From contig DTUG01000039.1 of NCBI GenBank assembly GCA_012964275.1, positions 3,779 to 56,452 of the forward strand: a stretch of 52,674 nucleotides of DNA, given 5' to 3'. A model generated the notes under the pieces. It was given only the letters and a program-made list of their open reading frames with translations, had not been told where the DNA came from and ran no database searches. Positions 25,447 through 35,342 of this stretch are shown piece by piece. Each line of letters begins with the position of its first letter. Within the stretch, counting starts at the first letter, position 1. The DNA comes from Fidelibacterota bacterium. GTDB taxonomy: Bacteria; Fidelibacterota; Marinisomatia; Marinisomatales; UBA1611. A program made the position numbers and the translations under genes.

Positions 25447-26460
25447 TTAATCATGATCGTGAACATCTGGTTCAGAAGTCGATCCCTCCTTAGGCCCGGC
25501 AATGGAATCTCTCATTCCAGTATCAGCCACAATATTTTTCATATTGTAATAGTCAAAAATGCCCATGTTACCTTCACGGAAAGCCTGCGCCATGGCTTTA
25601 GGAACTTCAGATTCTGCTTCCACCACTTTTGCTCTCATTTCCTGAGTCTTTGCAATCATTTCCTGTTCTTCAGCAACCGCCATAGCTCTCCGGGTTTCTG
25701 CTCTTGCCTGGGCGACACGAAGATCAGCTTCTGCTTGATCCGCTTGCAGACTGGCACCAATATTTTTACCTACATCAAGGTCTGCTATGTCAATGGATAA
25801 AATCTCAAATGCTGTTCCAGAGTCCAAACCCTTGTTTAGTACAGATTTAGAAATACTATCCGGGTTTTCCAAGACATCAGAATAAGTTGTAGCTGAGCCA
25901 ATCGCACTCACAATTCCTTCTCCCACGCGTGCAATAATAGTATCATCAGTGGCTCCTCCTACAAGGCCAGGAATATTCGTACGAACGGTAACCCTGGCCC
26001 TTGCTTTCACTTCGATGCCATCCTTCGCTACGGCGGCCAGTGTCCCGGAAGCGGGCGCATCAATCACTTTTGGATATACACTGGTTTGTACTGCCGTTTT
26101 TACATCTCTACCGGCTAAATCGATAGCGGTGGCAGTTGCAAACTGAAGAGGAATATTAGCTTTATCTGCAGCAATTAATGCAGCCACAACGTTAACAACG
26201 CTTCCGCCAGCAAGGTAATGGGTTTCCAGCATATCTGTTGAAATATTCGTCAGGCCTGCTTTATGAGTGTTAATAACACCATCAACCACCAGCCGCGGCG
26301 AAATTTTCCGTAGACGCATTCGGATCAAATCAACAATTCGTATATGGCCCAATCCCAGTGAGACAACCGCCTGGACCCACATGCCCAATGGCACAAAATA
26401 AAAGAACAGAATAATAAATAGTACAACAAAAATCAGTAATGCTATTTGAATAACAGGCAT
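25447..26460 (-). CDS. floA: flotillin-like protein FloA (SPFH domain, UPF0365/YqfA family)
   Basis: N-terminal [32 protein letters not shown] and Ala/Glu-rich coiled region [17 protein letters not shown], as in B. subtilis YqfA. Confidence 0.9.
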   Translation of the reverse strand: MPVIQIALLIFVVLFIILFFYFVPLGMWVQAVVSLGLGHIRIVDLIRMRLRKISPRLVVDGVINTHKAGLTNISTDMLETHYLAGGSVVNVVAALIAADKANIPLQFATATAIDLAGRDVKTAVQTSVYPKVIDAPASGTLAAVAKDGIEVKARARVTVRTNIPGLVGGATDDTIIARVGEGIVSAIGSATTYSDVLENPDSISKSVLNKGLDSGTAFEILSIDIADLDVGKNIGASLQADQAEADLRVAQARAETRRAMAVAEEQEMIAKTQEMRAKVVEAESEVPKAMAQAFREGNMGIFDYYNMKNIVADTGMRDSIAGPKEGSTSEPDVHDHD

Positions 26461-26478
26461 AATATTTCTCCTTTTTAC

Positions 26479-27891
26479 CTACTTTGATTTCTCACGAACA
26501 ACAACCCGGTTTCCATCGACCGATAGAATGGTTACTACAGTATTATTATTGACGAATGCTCCTTCGCTAACAGCAAAAATTCGCTGATCGTTTACTTTAA
26601 CCCACCCTGAAGGATGCAAGTCTGTATCAGCAACGCCGTCTTCTCCTACTAAATTTTCCCAACCCAAGGTTGTTGTGTATCCTTCATCACGACTCTGGAT
26701 ACTTGGGGAAGTTAAATCCATCCAAAATTTTGTTCTGGTCATAGCCTTGAATAAAATAACTAAACCTGCTATACCCCCAAGAATTCCGATAAGCAGGCCA
26801 GTGGTGGCTTGACTCAATACTTCTTCTCCAACAGGGACATCGGGCAACAACAACAAATATAAGCCCCACAGAATCATTACGATTCCGACAATTCCAGGTA
26901 TTCCAAATCCGGGAATCACCAAGGTTTCCAAGACAAGAAACATTAATCCTGCTATAATAATGAGAAAGTCGGTCATGGTGGCTAATTCGGCAATATATGA
27001 AGCTCCCAGTGATAAAATCAGGCAGGTCAGGCCAACCGTACCGGGAACACCCCAGCCTGGACTCTGCAGTTCAAACAAAATTCCGAGAAATCCAAACGTT
27101 GTTAAAAGAGATGCCACCACTGGATTAGTTAGAAATCGCACGATGGACTCCGACCAGTTTTCACTTGTTTCATACACAGAAGCACCTGACAGGCCAAGTG
27201 AATCAAGCACATCATCGAATGTTTCTGCTATTTTATCTGCCATGCGGTATTTCAGGGCCTGTTCAGTTGTCAGAGTTATCAGGTTCCCCTGTTTTCGGCC
27301 CTCAATATCATTAACATACATTGTATCACCATTGAGAATTAAAAAATAGTTTACAGTCTTAATGGTATCAACTTCACCATCTTCAGTAATATACTCTCGT
27401 TTTACTTTCTTTTGGAACTCCAATTCCTCATCCACCATGCCACGGGCTATATCCTTACTGCGGCCTCGCTTTTCCGCTGTAGCAGCCATTTCTTCACGCA
27501 TATAACTGATGACCTTTTCACTGCCTTTTTTTCCAGACATATCAACAGCCGTAGTAGCACCAATCGTTGCTCCTCCAGTCATATAAATTTTCTCACACGA
27601 TAGAGAAATAAGAGCTCCGGCAGAAATTGCCCGTTTATTAATAAACGCTACTGTTTTGACCCTTGAGTCCATAATAGCATCCTTGATTTGAGTTGCGGCA
27701 TCTACCCGTCCACCAAATGTATTGATCTCAAAGACAATTGCATCTGCACTGTTTGATTCCGCTTCTTTGATAGACCGTTCTATAAATGGTGGAAGACCCA
27801 GATCAATGGTCCCCTCAATTGGAACTCGATAAACAATCTGGGAATAAAGAATGGATAACCAAACAGTAAGATAAATAAAAACTATTCTCAT
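26479..27891 (-). CDS. nfeD: NfeD-family membrane-bound ClpP-class protease (YqeZ-like)
   Basis: N-terminal ClpP-like domain (FEINTFGGRVDAA...AISAGALISL), central TM bundle, C-terminal OB-like NfeD tail (GWVKVNDQRIFAVSEG). Sits immediately upstream of floA. Confidence 0.85.
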   Translation of the reverse strand: MRIVFIYLTVWLSILYSQIVYRVPIEGTIDLGLPPFIERSIKEAESNSADAIVFEINTFGGRVDAATQIKDAIMDSRVKTVAFINKRAISAGALISLSCEKIYMTGGATIGATTAVDMSGKKGSEKVISYMREEMAATAEKRGRSKDIARGMVDEELEFQKKVKREYITEDGEVDTIKTVNYFLILNGDTMYVNDIEGRKQGNLITLTTEQALKYRMADKIAETFDDVLDSLGLSGASVYETSENWSESIVRFLTNPVVASLLTTFGFLGILFELQSPGWGVPGTVGLTCLILSLGASYIAELATMTDFLIIIAGLMFLVLETLVIPGFGIPGIVGIVMILWGLYLLLLPDVPVGEEVLSQATTGLLIGILGGIAGLVILFKAMTRTKFWMDLTSPSIQSRDEGYTTTLGWENLVGEDGVADTDLHPSGWVKVNDQRIFAVSEGAFVNNNTVVTILSVDGNRVVVREKSK

Positions 27892-27992
27892 GTAAGCTAA
27901 ATTTCACTCTATTTCTTGTAATTTGTCTACAACCAATCCAGTATTTATTCCCTGATTCGATAAGATTTTAACAGCTAAACTTCCCGCTGGCT

Positions 27993-28856
27993 ATGAAAGT
28001 TTCAGAACAATTGACATACCAGTTCCTTATGAACCTGAGAAAGTTTATCTCGCAATTGTCAATATCTTCACAATATCACCTGGCTCAATGGCTCGCCAGT
28101 TTGGGATATCACCACATACCAAAACGAAAGAATCTAGCTCGGAGAAACCTGATGAGAGCCTTCCCGAATCAATCAGAAGGGTGGATTGAAAATACATTGA
28201 AAAACTCTTATCAATTTTTCGCTTATAATTTTATACAATTCTTAGCGTTTCCTGGAGCATGGGAAACCGCTCAATATGATATTCACGGAAAAGATGTGTT
28301 GGACGATGCCCTTAAACAAAAGAAAGGAGTTGTCTTTATTTCCGCTCATTTTGGTGTCTGGGAAATGCTGGGTGTGTGGCTGGGACTTAATAATTACAAA
28401 CTTGTTGGTGTTGCCCATCGTCAGCGAAATCGAGGTGCAAATAAATTCTTTCAGGAACAACGTGAACTGAGCGGTGTGAAACATATATTTCGGAAGGAAC
28501 CGCTTGAAAAAATGTACGCTATCCTCAACGAGAACAAACTTCTTGGACTAGTGAGCGATCAGGATGCAAAGAAAAAAGGTGTCTTCATTGATTTTTTCGG
28601 TATGCCGGCTTCCACACCAAAAGGTGCGGCTCTTTTCCATAAAAATACAAATGCTCCTATGATATTTAGTGTTTGTGTTCGAACGGGCTTTCAAAAATAC
28701 CAGCTGGAATTCCTGCCAATCATTGCCGGAGATGATACAACAGAAAAAATCACCCAAGCATATACAGTAATACTGGAAAAACTCATACATGCCTATCCAG
28801 AGCAGTATTTCTGGTTTCACCGACGGTGGAAAACTAAACCAGAAAAATCAAATTGA
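27993..28856 (+). CDS. lipid A biosynthesis (LpxL/HtrB-type) lysophospholipid acyltransferase
   Basis: FISAHFGVWEM (H-x4-E/D acyltransferase motif), LVSDQDA, ~290 aa as in the LpxL/LpxM family. Confidence 0.8.
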   Translation: MKVSEQLTYQFLMNLRKFISQLSISSQYHLAQWLASLGYHHIPKRKNLARRNLMRAFPNQSEGWIENTLKNSYQFFAYNFIQFLAFPGAWETAQYDIHGKDVLDDALKQKKGVVFISAHFGVWEMLGVWLGLNNYKLVGVAHRQRNRGANKFFQEQRELSGVKHIFRKEPLEKMYAILNENKLLGLVSDQDAKKKGVFIDFFGMPASTPKGAALFHKNTNAPMIFSVCVRTGFQKYQLEFLPIIAGDDTTEKITQAYTVILEKLIHAYPEQYFWFHRRWKTKPEKSN

Positions 28857-29419
28857 ACCAAATAAACTGGCAACATGATAATGCGTTGAAAGCTGCCCTA
28901 GATATCGTGCTTTCTGGCGGAGTTATTATATATCCTACCGATACACTCTACGGATTTGGTGCAGATGCAACAAATAAGGATGCAATTAATAAAGTGAATA
29001 GATTAAAAAAACGAACAGGACCTATGAGCGTCTTAGCTACAGATAAAAAGATCGCTACAAGGTGGATTAATCTTCAATCCCCCGATCTAGAAAAAGCATT
29101 AAAAATACTGGGCGGAGCTAAAACTGTGATTGTACCGGTGAACCCAGGGGTGGTCCATGATATTATTCTAGGCTCTGGCCATTCTCTCGGAATTCGTATT
29201 CCAAATCATCCGTTTTGTAAAGCTTTATCATCATCATGTAAAGTGCCAATTATCACAACCAGTGTTAACCGGTCTGGAGAACAACCATTAGAAATCCCCC
29301 ATGACATATCAATAACATTTGGCAATAAAATTAAGCTTATGATCGAAGATGGTAAAATATCCGGAGACGCATCAACAATATATCAATACCAAGATGGTGA
29401 TTTCATAATCACTCGATGA
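28853..29419 (+). CDS. tsaC: L-threonylcarbamoyladenylate synthase (YrdC/TsaC domain)
   Basis: IIYPTDTLYGFGADATN and SVNRSGEQP motifs. TTG start overlaps the upstream stop. Confidence 0.85.
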   Translation: MNQINWQHDNALKAALDIVLSGGVIIYPTDTLYGFGADATNKDAINKVNRLKKRTGPMSVLATDKKIATRWINLQSPDLEKALKILGGAKTVIVPVNPGVVHDIILGSGHSLGIRIPNHPFCKALSSSCKVPIITTSVNRSGEQPLEIPHDISITFGNKIKLMIEDGKISGDASTIYQYQDGDFIITR

Positions 29420-30114
29420 GAGAAATCAGTATACCTTTACTTTTTTACTGTGTCTTGTTCGGACAAACTGATCGCTGGACCGAATCACTTAATTACCATG
29501 CCTACTTTAGTGGAATACATGTAGCAGAAGCAGAATTAAAGATCAGTGAACAACAAATAGGTGGTAAGAATTCTGTCATTCACATTTTATACCAGGCGAA
29601 AACTATATCCGTAACTGATTATATATTCCCAATAAATGATAAAATCAATATAGATGTAGACTCAAAAACATGGACACCTATTTCCGTAAAAAAAGTTGTT
29701 CGTGAAGGAAAATATAAACATGATTCTTTCACTCAATTTCTCCCGGAAGAAAATATTTTTATTTATAAAAAAGACACAATCTCTTATGCCCATCCTGTTC
29801 ATGATCCTTATTCCCTGATCTACTTATTTAGGAAAAAAACATTGAGCCCGGGAAATAAATTCCAGTTGAACACAATTGATGGCAGAAAAATCACTCAATT
29901 GCAATTTGATGTTTCATCCATTGAAACAATCCGTGTCCCCGCAGGTGAATTCGATGCCCTAAAAGTGACTCCTAAACGAACTGATGGAAAACCATTTAAA
30001 AACGCAGGACAATTAACAATTTGGTACTCAACAGAAATTGATAAACTTCCTGTAAAAATAAGTATAAAATTGAAGTTTGGGTCGCTTAACCTAGAATTGG
30101 CTAATGTGGACTAA
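29416..30114 (+). CDS. DUF3108-like periplasmic protein
   Basis: Signal peptide; beta-rich 232 aa with AGEFDALKVTP...LTIWYS, reminiscent of DUF3108. ATGA overlap with tsaC. Confidence 0.5.
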   Translation: MREISIPLLFYCVLFGQTDRWTESLNYHAYFSGIHVAEAELKISEQQIGGKNSVIHILYQAKTISVTDYIFPINDKINIDVDSKTWTPISVKKVVREGKYKHDSFTQFLPEENIFIYKKDTISYAHPVHDPYSLIYLFRKKTLSPGNKFQLNTIDGRKITQLQFDVSSIETIRVPAGEFDALKVTPKRTDGKPFKNAGQLTIWYSTEIDKLPVKISIKLKFGSLNLELANVD

Positions 30115-31280
30115 TTCAACAATCTGGAAATATCGTTAAACATCACTGTTACCATCAATAATAGTAGAAAAGCCATGCCCACTTGCTGAATTGCCATACG
30201 GGCTTTGATACTTAAGGGTCGTCTGATAATACTTTCTATTATAATAATTAGAATATGTCCACCATCTAAACCGGGAATAGGTAGAATATTAATAAACCCA
30301 AGATTAACACTGATTAGTGCCATAAATGTGAGTAATGGTGCCCACCCAGCTTGTGCGGATTGTCCTGCTAACTGAGCAATCAGAATCGGTCCACCAAGAT
30401 CTTTCATCGAAGCAGAGCCATTGCTCAGCATCTCGAAAGTTAAAAAAATCATTCCAAAGCTGTTCATAGTTCCAATATATCCGGATACAACTGCTTGTCC
30501 AAGTGTTATTGGGTGGTATACAGATTCCTGGATAATGCCGATAACACCTAAGGTATCAACACCATTTTCTCTGGGAACAATATAATGAGATGTAGTTAAT
30601 GAAAATTCCATCTCTTTTGTCCCACGCAATAATGTAATTGTAATTGGGGTGTCAGGAACCTTATTAATAGCGGATTGCAGTTCACTCCACGAAGCAATTG
30701 ATTCATGATTAACGGTGGTAATTTTATCCCCGGGTTTTAATCCGGCAGCTTCAGCGGGCATATCCGGGCGAACTTCAGCAATTACTGGCTTAGTCAGCAC
30801 TTCAGGTCTTCCCTGTACATAAGCTATTCCACTAAACAAAACGAAAGCGGTTACTATATTCATGATCACACCGGCACTCAAAACCCAGAGCTTTGCCCAA
30901 AATGATTTGCTCATTAATTCATCTGGGGCATGGGTTATTGTTGTATCCATGCTCTCATCAATGGCTCCGGCCATTTTCACATAACCACCCAAAGGTATAA
31001 GTGCTAAAACATATTCAGTGGTACTCCCAATCCTCCCGGGGCTAGAAAAGTGAGTTTCAAAAACAGGTCTCCACGAAATCTTGGTTTGATGACGACGATA
31101 AAAGAAAACGCGTACATCCCAGCCATTATCAACAGATTTAAAGGAAATAAAACGAGGGGGGAATCCAATGGAAAATCGTTCCACCCGGACTCCAACAGAT
31201 CGTGCTGCGAGATAATGACCCAATTCATGGACGAAGATGAGTACGCCCAAAACTAAGATTGTAGCCCAAAGAAAAATCAT
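30111..31280 (-). CDS. rseP: RIP zinc metalloprotease RseP (site-2 protease, single PDZ)
   Basis: HELGHY zinc motif at the N-terminus, PDZ-like AAGLKPGDKITTVN, C-terminal NILPIPGLDGGH. Confidence 0.9.
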   Translation of the reverse strand: MIFLWATILVLGVLIFVHELGHYLAARSVGVRVERFSIGFPPRFISFKSVDNGWDVRVFFYRRHQTKISWRPVFETHFSSPGRIGSTTEYVLALIPLGGYVKMAGAIDESMDTTITHAPDELMSKSFWAKLWVLSAGVIMNIVTAFVLFSGIAYVQGRPEVLTKPVIAEVRPDMPAEAAGLKPGDKITTVNHESIASWSELQSAINKVPDTPITITLLRGTKEMEFSLTTSHYIVPRENGVDTLGVIGIIQESVYHPITLGQAVVSGYIGTMNSFGMIFLTFEMLSNGSASMKDLGGPILIAQLAGQSAQAGWAPLLTFMALISVNLGFINILPIPGLDGGHILIIIIESIIRRPLSIKARMAIQQVGMAFLLLLMVTVMFNDISRLLN

Positions 31281-31332
31281 GAAATATTACCCATTAGTGA
31301 AATCTACATTAAAATCGGTTTAAAGTTCCAAA

Positions 31333-32481
31333 TCAGGAATAATTGTTTACACACAATTTTGTCCACTTGTTTAACACTTTCAAATCATTAAGCGATGGAT
31401 TTTTCAGCCATTTATGCTTTTCCATCGCATTTTTTATGATCTTTGGAATATCCGTAAACCTGATTTTACCATTCAAAAAACTATACACGGCATAATCGTT
31501 AGCCAGATTCAATACAGCTGGAGCTGTCCCCATTTGATCGATTGCATCATAGGCTAACTTAATGCATGGAAATCGTTCTGAATCTGGTGGCTGAAAAGTC
31601 AAATCCCCGCATTCCATAAAATTCAGCCTTTCCCAGGGAGCTTCCGCATGCCGGGGGTACATCAGCGCATATTGTATGGGGACCTTCATGTCGGGCACCC
31701 CCAATTGAGCTTTAATAGAGCCATCTTTCAATTCTATCATAGAATGAATGATGGATTGGGGATGAACTACAATATCAACTTGGGATGGATCAAGTTGAAA
31801 CAGCCAGTAAGCTTCAATTACCTCTAAGCCTTTGTTCATCATTGTGGCTGAATCAATAGTTATTTTTTTTCCCATGTCCCAATTGGGATGGTTTAGGGCT
31901 TCATCAACTGTTATATCTCCAAATGTATTGATCGATCGAGTTCGGAATGGACCACCACTACCTGTCAAAATAATTCTACGGACATCCTCCAATGATTCTC
32001 CTACTAAACATTGCCAGATAGCAGAGTGTTCGCTATCAACCGGGAATAGGCGAGCTCCGGTTTTTTCCATAGTCTTCGTTATAATATCTCCTGCCATCAC
32101 CAAACTTTCTTTATTGGATAAAGCAACATCTACGCCAGCAAGTACCGCCTCCAATGTCGGCTCCATTCCTAGGGCTCCTACCAAACCATTCAACATCACA
32201 TCCACGTCCTTCCTGCCGGCCAAATCTAAAAGCCCTCTCCGACCGGAGCGAACCTCAATTCCATCTAGGGTCAGTTCGGTGTGAACAATTTCGGCTGCAT
32301 TTTCATCAATCATAACCACTGTCTGGGGATGAAATTCACGGCATTGTTCTATCATACGTTCTGCATTGGTATGTGCTGATAAATACACAACATCTAACTT
32401 ATCGGATAAATGCCGGACGACATTCAATGCATTCACGCCAATCGAACCAGTAGAGCCCAAGATCGATATTGTTTTTTGCAT
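31333..32481 (-). CDS. dxr: 1-deoxy-D-xylulose-5-phosphate reductoisomerase
   Basis: ILGSTGSIGVNAL NADPH motif, LANKESLV-like SNKESLVMAG, DSEHSAIWQC, NKGLEVIEA. Confidence 0.95.
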   Translation of the reverse strand: MQKTISILGSTGSIGVNALNVVRHLSDKLDVVYLSAHTNAERMIEQCREFHPQTVVMIDENAAEIVHTELTLDGIEVRSGRRGLLDLAGRKDVDVMLNGLVGALGMEPTLEAVLAGVDVALSNKESLVMAGDIITKTMEKTGARLFPVDSEHSAIWQCLVGESLEDVRRIILTGSGGPFRTRSINTFGDITVDEALNHPNWDMGKKITIDSATMMNKGLEVIEAYWLFQLDPSQVDIVVHPQSIIHSMIELKDGSIKAQLGVPDMKVPIQYALMYPRHAEAPWERLNFMECGDLTFQPPDSERFPCIKLAYDAIDQMGTAPAVLNLANDYAVYSFLNGKIRFTDIPKIIKNAMEKHKWLKNPSLNDLKVLNKWTKLCVNNYS

Positions 32482-33161
32482 TAAAAAAAATCTTTCATGA
32501 TATAGGTTCGAAATAGTTGACTCTCAGGATGAATTTTAATTCCTGCCCCTAACCGGAACCCCTTAAAAGGTATTATGGCATCAAGATCAAAATAATTGGA
32601 TTCGCCTTCAATTCTTCCAGGTATTTCCGTTGAGTGATAGTAAGATCTTTCTTTGAAGATATTAGCACCAACACCAATACTATAATCTAAAAAAGATCCC
32701 GAAAACCATTTCTGGACATTCATAGTAATAGATGTCAGTCGAAAATGAGCGATCCCCTTTAGATCAACCCGTTGAAATGAGGTTACCCAAGCTTTATTAT
32801 CCTCATTGCCAAAATAGTACTGGAATCCACTGCCAATTACCTGCGGGGCATCTTTATCTACCTGAAAGCCATATAGTTTAGCAGTTAAAGAAAGATTTCG
32901 GGTAATCCGGACAGCTATATCAAGATCCGGTAAGACCCATCTAGTACCATGGATTTTTCTAAAATAGAAAGAAAATCCTCCGTTTATCACCAAGCGATGA
33001 TTATCATTTGGATCTAACTGCGGATGATTACTAAGCCAGTATGATGAATGAAATGCAATATTACGAGCCGCTTCTCTATTTAAATCATCAAACCGGAAAT
33101 TCGCTTGCTGAGCAGACAGGATTACACCCGCTAAAACGAGTGTTATCAGATAAAATCTCAT
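32481..33161 (-). CDS. outer-membrane beta-barrel protein of unknown function embedded in the lipid A cluster
   Basis: ATG 33161 gives the signal peptide MRFYLITLVLAGVILSAQQ. The track start at 33188 would overlap lpxA. C-terminal ...YIMKDFF is a beta-signal. Confidence 0.5.
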   Translation of the reverse strand: MRFYLITLVLAGVILSAQQANFRFDDLNREAARNIAFHSSYWLSNHPQLDPNDNHRLVINGGFSFYFRKIHGTRWVLPDLDIAVRITRNLSLTAKLYGFQVDKDAPQVIGSGFQYYFGNEDNKAWVTSFQRVDLKGIAHFRLTSITMNVQKWFSGSFLDYSIGVGANIFKERSYYHSTEIPGRIEGESNYFDLDAIIPFKGFRLGAGIKIHPESQLFRTYIMKDFF

Positions 33162-33168
33162 ATTATAA

Positions 33169-33963
33169 TTAAATAATGCCCCGCTCACTGGATTGAATAA
33201 AATCCAGAATACAGGTTTTATACTTAGAGTCTGGAAAATCGTTTTTTATTTTCGATAGAGAACCTTTCCGGTTTACATCAGACTTAAAATACAGTTTATA
33301 AATATCCTTAATAGTTTTTCTTTCCTCGATAGAAAATCCACGACGTTTTAAACCAATGCTGTTAATGCCCTTAAATCTCAGAGGTGTTCCCGTAGCAAGG
33401 ATGTAAGGTGGTACATCCTGCACTGCCCAATAGCCCGCCCCAATAAATGCATGCTCACCAATATTACAGAATTGATGAACCATAACTCCACCACTGAGAG
33501 ATACCCAGTCGCCTATATCTACATGACCGCCAAGGGTGGTCATATTGGACATAATAACATGGTCACCAATAAGACAATCATGTGCAATATGAACATAGGC
33601 CATAAAAAGGCAATCGGAGCCAATAATAGTCTTCCCAGTGACTTTTGTCCCCCGGTTCACAGTAACAAACTCGCGAATAGTGGTTCTATCCCCAATAATA
33701 GCTTCTGTTTGTTCGCCGGCAAATTTCATATCTTGGGGAATTTCTCCAATGGATGCGGAATGAAAAATTTTGCATTCCGCACCGATGCGGCTCCCCTGTG
33801 CAATCGTTACATGATTACCAATCATAGTATCGTTACCGATGATTACATTTGAGTCTATGATGGAATAAGGCCCAATAGATACACCTTTTCCCAGTTCAGC
33901 TTTGGAATCCACAATAGCTGTGGGGTGAATCTGGAGAGAAATTTTAGACCTCCATACGGTCAA
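33169..33963 (-). CDS. lpxA: acyl-ACP--UDP-N-acetylglucosamine O-acyltransferase
   Basis: IHPTAIVDSKAELGKGVSIGPYSII hexapeptide repeats, ~260 aa, C-terminal helical domain. Confidence 0.92.
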   Translation of the reverse strand: MTVWRSKISLQIHPTAIVDSKAELGKGVSIGPYSIIDSNVIIGNDTMIGNHVTIAQGSRIGAECKIFHSASIGEIPQDMKFAGEQTEAIIGDRTTIREFVTVNRGTKVTGKTIIGSDCLFMAYVHIAHDCLIGDHVIMSNMTTLGGHVDIGDWVSLSGGVMVHQFCNIGEHAFIGAGYWAVQDVPPYILATGTPLRFKGINSIGLKRRGFSIEERKTIKDIYKLYFKSDVNRKGSLSKIKNDFPDSKYKTCILDFIQSSERGII

Positions 33964-34396
33964 CTAAATTCGAAGATATCAGGGCTTCTACTGCTATCTT
34001 GTCATTAACCGTGCATGTACCGGAAAATTTATATAGGTTGAGTTTTTTATTTAATAATCTAATATGAAGAATTAGTTGGCCCCCTGGTGTAATCAATCGA
34101 CGAAAACGAACTTTGTCTAATCCAGAAATAAACATATTTTTCTTTAATGGATCGTCCAGTTCATACAGCATCAAAAAAGCAGTAGTCTGAGCCAGAGACT
34201 CAAGAGATAAAACACCCGGCATAACCCGCTGACCCGGGAAATGCCCTTGAAAATATGGTTCATTGAATGTCACATTTTTCATAGCGATTACTGATTCACC
34301 AGGTTTTACTTCAACAATACGATCAATGAGAACAAAGGGATAACGATGAGGTAGGATTTTTAGGATATCCTGAATGTCATCCATCAATATTTCCAT
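33944..34396 (-). CDS. fabZ: 3-hydroxyacyl-ACP dehydratase
   Basis: LPHRYPFVLIDRI, FNEPYFQGHFPG, PGVL motifs. Confidence 0.92.
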   Translation of the reverse strand: MEILMDDIQDILKILPHRYPFVLIDRIVEVKPGESVIAMKNVTFNEPYFQGHFPGQRVMPGVLSLESLAQTTAFLMLYELDDPLKKNMFISGLDKVRFRRLITPGGQLILHIRLLNKKLNLYKFSGTCTVNDKIAVEALISSNLVDRMEV

Positions 34397-35333
34397 TCCA
34401 TAATGCCTCCAATTCTTCAGAATATTCTTTTTTCAGTTTCTTTACAAATTCAACATTGCTTGCGTGTCCAGCTCTCGCAGCAGTCACATGTCCTTTGATG
34501 GGAACTCCCAGCAAAGCCAAATCACCAATGAGATCCAAAGTTTTATGACGAACAGGTTCATTTTTAAATCTCAATACTTTTCCATTTAAAATACCATTTA
34601 CACCATGAATTATAGTTTCTTCTATACCAAAGAGATTGCGCAAACGTTCTATCTCATTCTTATCTATCTTTTTATCAACAATTACCAACGCATTATCCAA
34701 TGCACCGCCTTTAATCAACCCTTGTTCCCTTAACATTTCGACCTCACTAAGAAAACAAAATGTCCTGGCCGGGGCTACTTCAACAGCAAAATCTTCCTCC
34801 ATATTATAGATTGCTTCATATTGCGTACCCAACGCTGGAAGAGGGTATTCTACCATAAAAGTGACTCGGAAACGGTCAGATGGGATTACATGAATATCGA
34901 TATCCCGATAATAATCGGTATAGTTGACCGCACGATTTATTTCCAAGACTTTGCGTTCTTCATTCTGAAAAACCACGCCCCCATCTAAAAGTGCCTCCAC
35001 AAAGTCCTTGGCACTGCCATCCATCACTGGAGGCTCCTTGCCATTTAATTCAATAAGTATATTATCAATCCGTAATCCTGTTACTGCTGCCAGGGCATGT
35101 TCAACAGTATGGATGCGGACATCATTTTGCTCAATTGTTGTTCCACGGGAAATATCTACCACATGATCAATATCAGCTTTGATTTCCGGTGAATCCTTAA
35201 TGTCTGAACGAATAAACTTTATACCATAATTCTCAGGAGCAGGGTGGAAAGTAATCGTGCTTTCCACACCGGTATGTAAACCAATGCCTCTGCAAGATCT
35301 GGATTTTTCAATGGTACGTTGCTTTCGTTGCAT
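34377..35333 (-). CDS. lpxC: UDP-3-O-acyl-N-acetylglucosamine deacetylase
   Basis: GIGLHTG, TVEHALAA, HKTLDLIGDLAL, GHASN motifs. Confidence 0.92.
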   Translation of the reverse strand: MQRKQRTIEKSRSCRGIGLHTGVESTITFHPAPENYGIKFIRSDIKDSPEIKADIDHVVDISRGTTIEQNDVRIHTVEHALAAVTGLRIDNILIELNGKEPPVMDGSAKDFVEALLDGGVVFQNEERKVLEINRAVNYTDYYRDIDIHVIPSDRFRVTFMVEYPLPALGTQYEAIYNMEEDFAVEVAPARTFCFLSEVEMLREQGLIKGGALDNALVIVDKKIDKNEIERLRNLFGIEETIIHGVNGILNGKVLRFKNEPVRHKTLDLIGDLALLGVPIKGHVTAARAGHASNVEFVKKLKKEYSEELEALWNGNIDG

Positions 35334-35342
35334 GACTGTAAT

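Noticed and set aside
31832-32284. Long antisense ORFs inside well-supported genes: 150 aa in dxr here; likewise 33451-33852 in lpxA, 26960-27349 in nfeD, 10710-11069 in dnaG, 11581-11937 across cvpA/yqeY, 18749-19117 in the M23 gene, and 353-748 in the T9SS cargo.
   Set aside because: Each lies fully within a gene with clear family motifs on the other strand. Their translations are low-complexity (S/P/R/T-rich), consistent with shadow frames, and none has a recognisable motif or start context.
32504-32513. aggttcgaaa, a tRNA T-loop-like string.
   Set aside because: It lies inside the 32481 CDS and there is no acceptor/anticodon stem arrangement around it. No tRNA-like cloverleaf was seen in any spacer longer than 100 nt.
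34377-34396. lpxC/fabZ junction as a programmed frameshift site.
   Set aside because: There is no slippery heptamer or downstream structure, and an ordinary overlapping stop/start with an in-frame ATG explains it.
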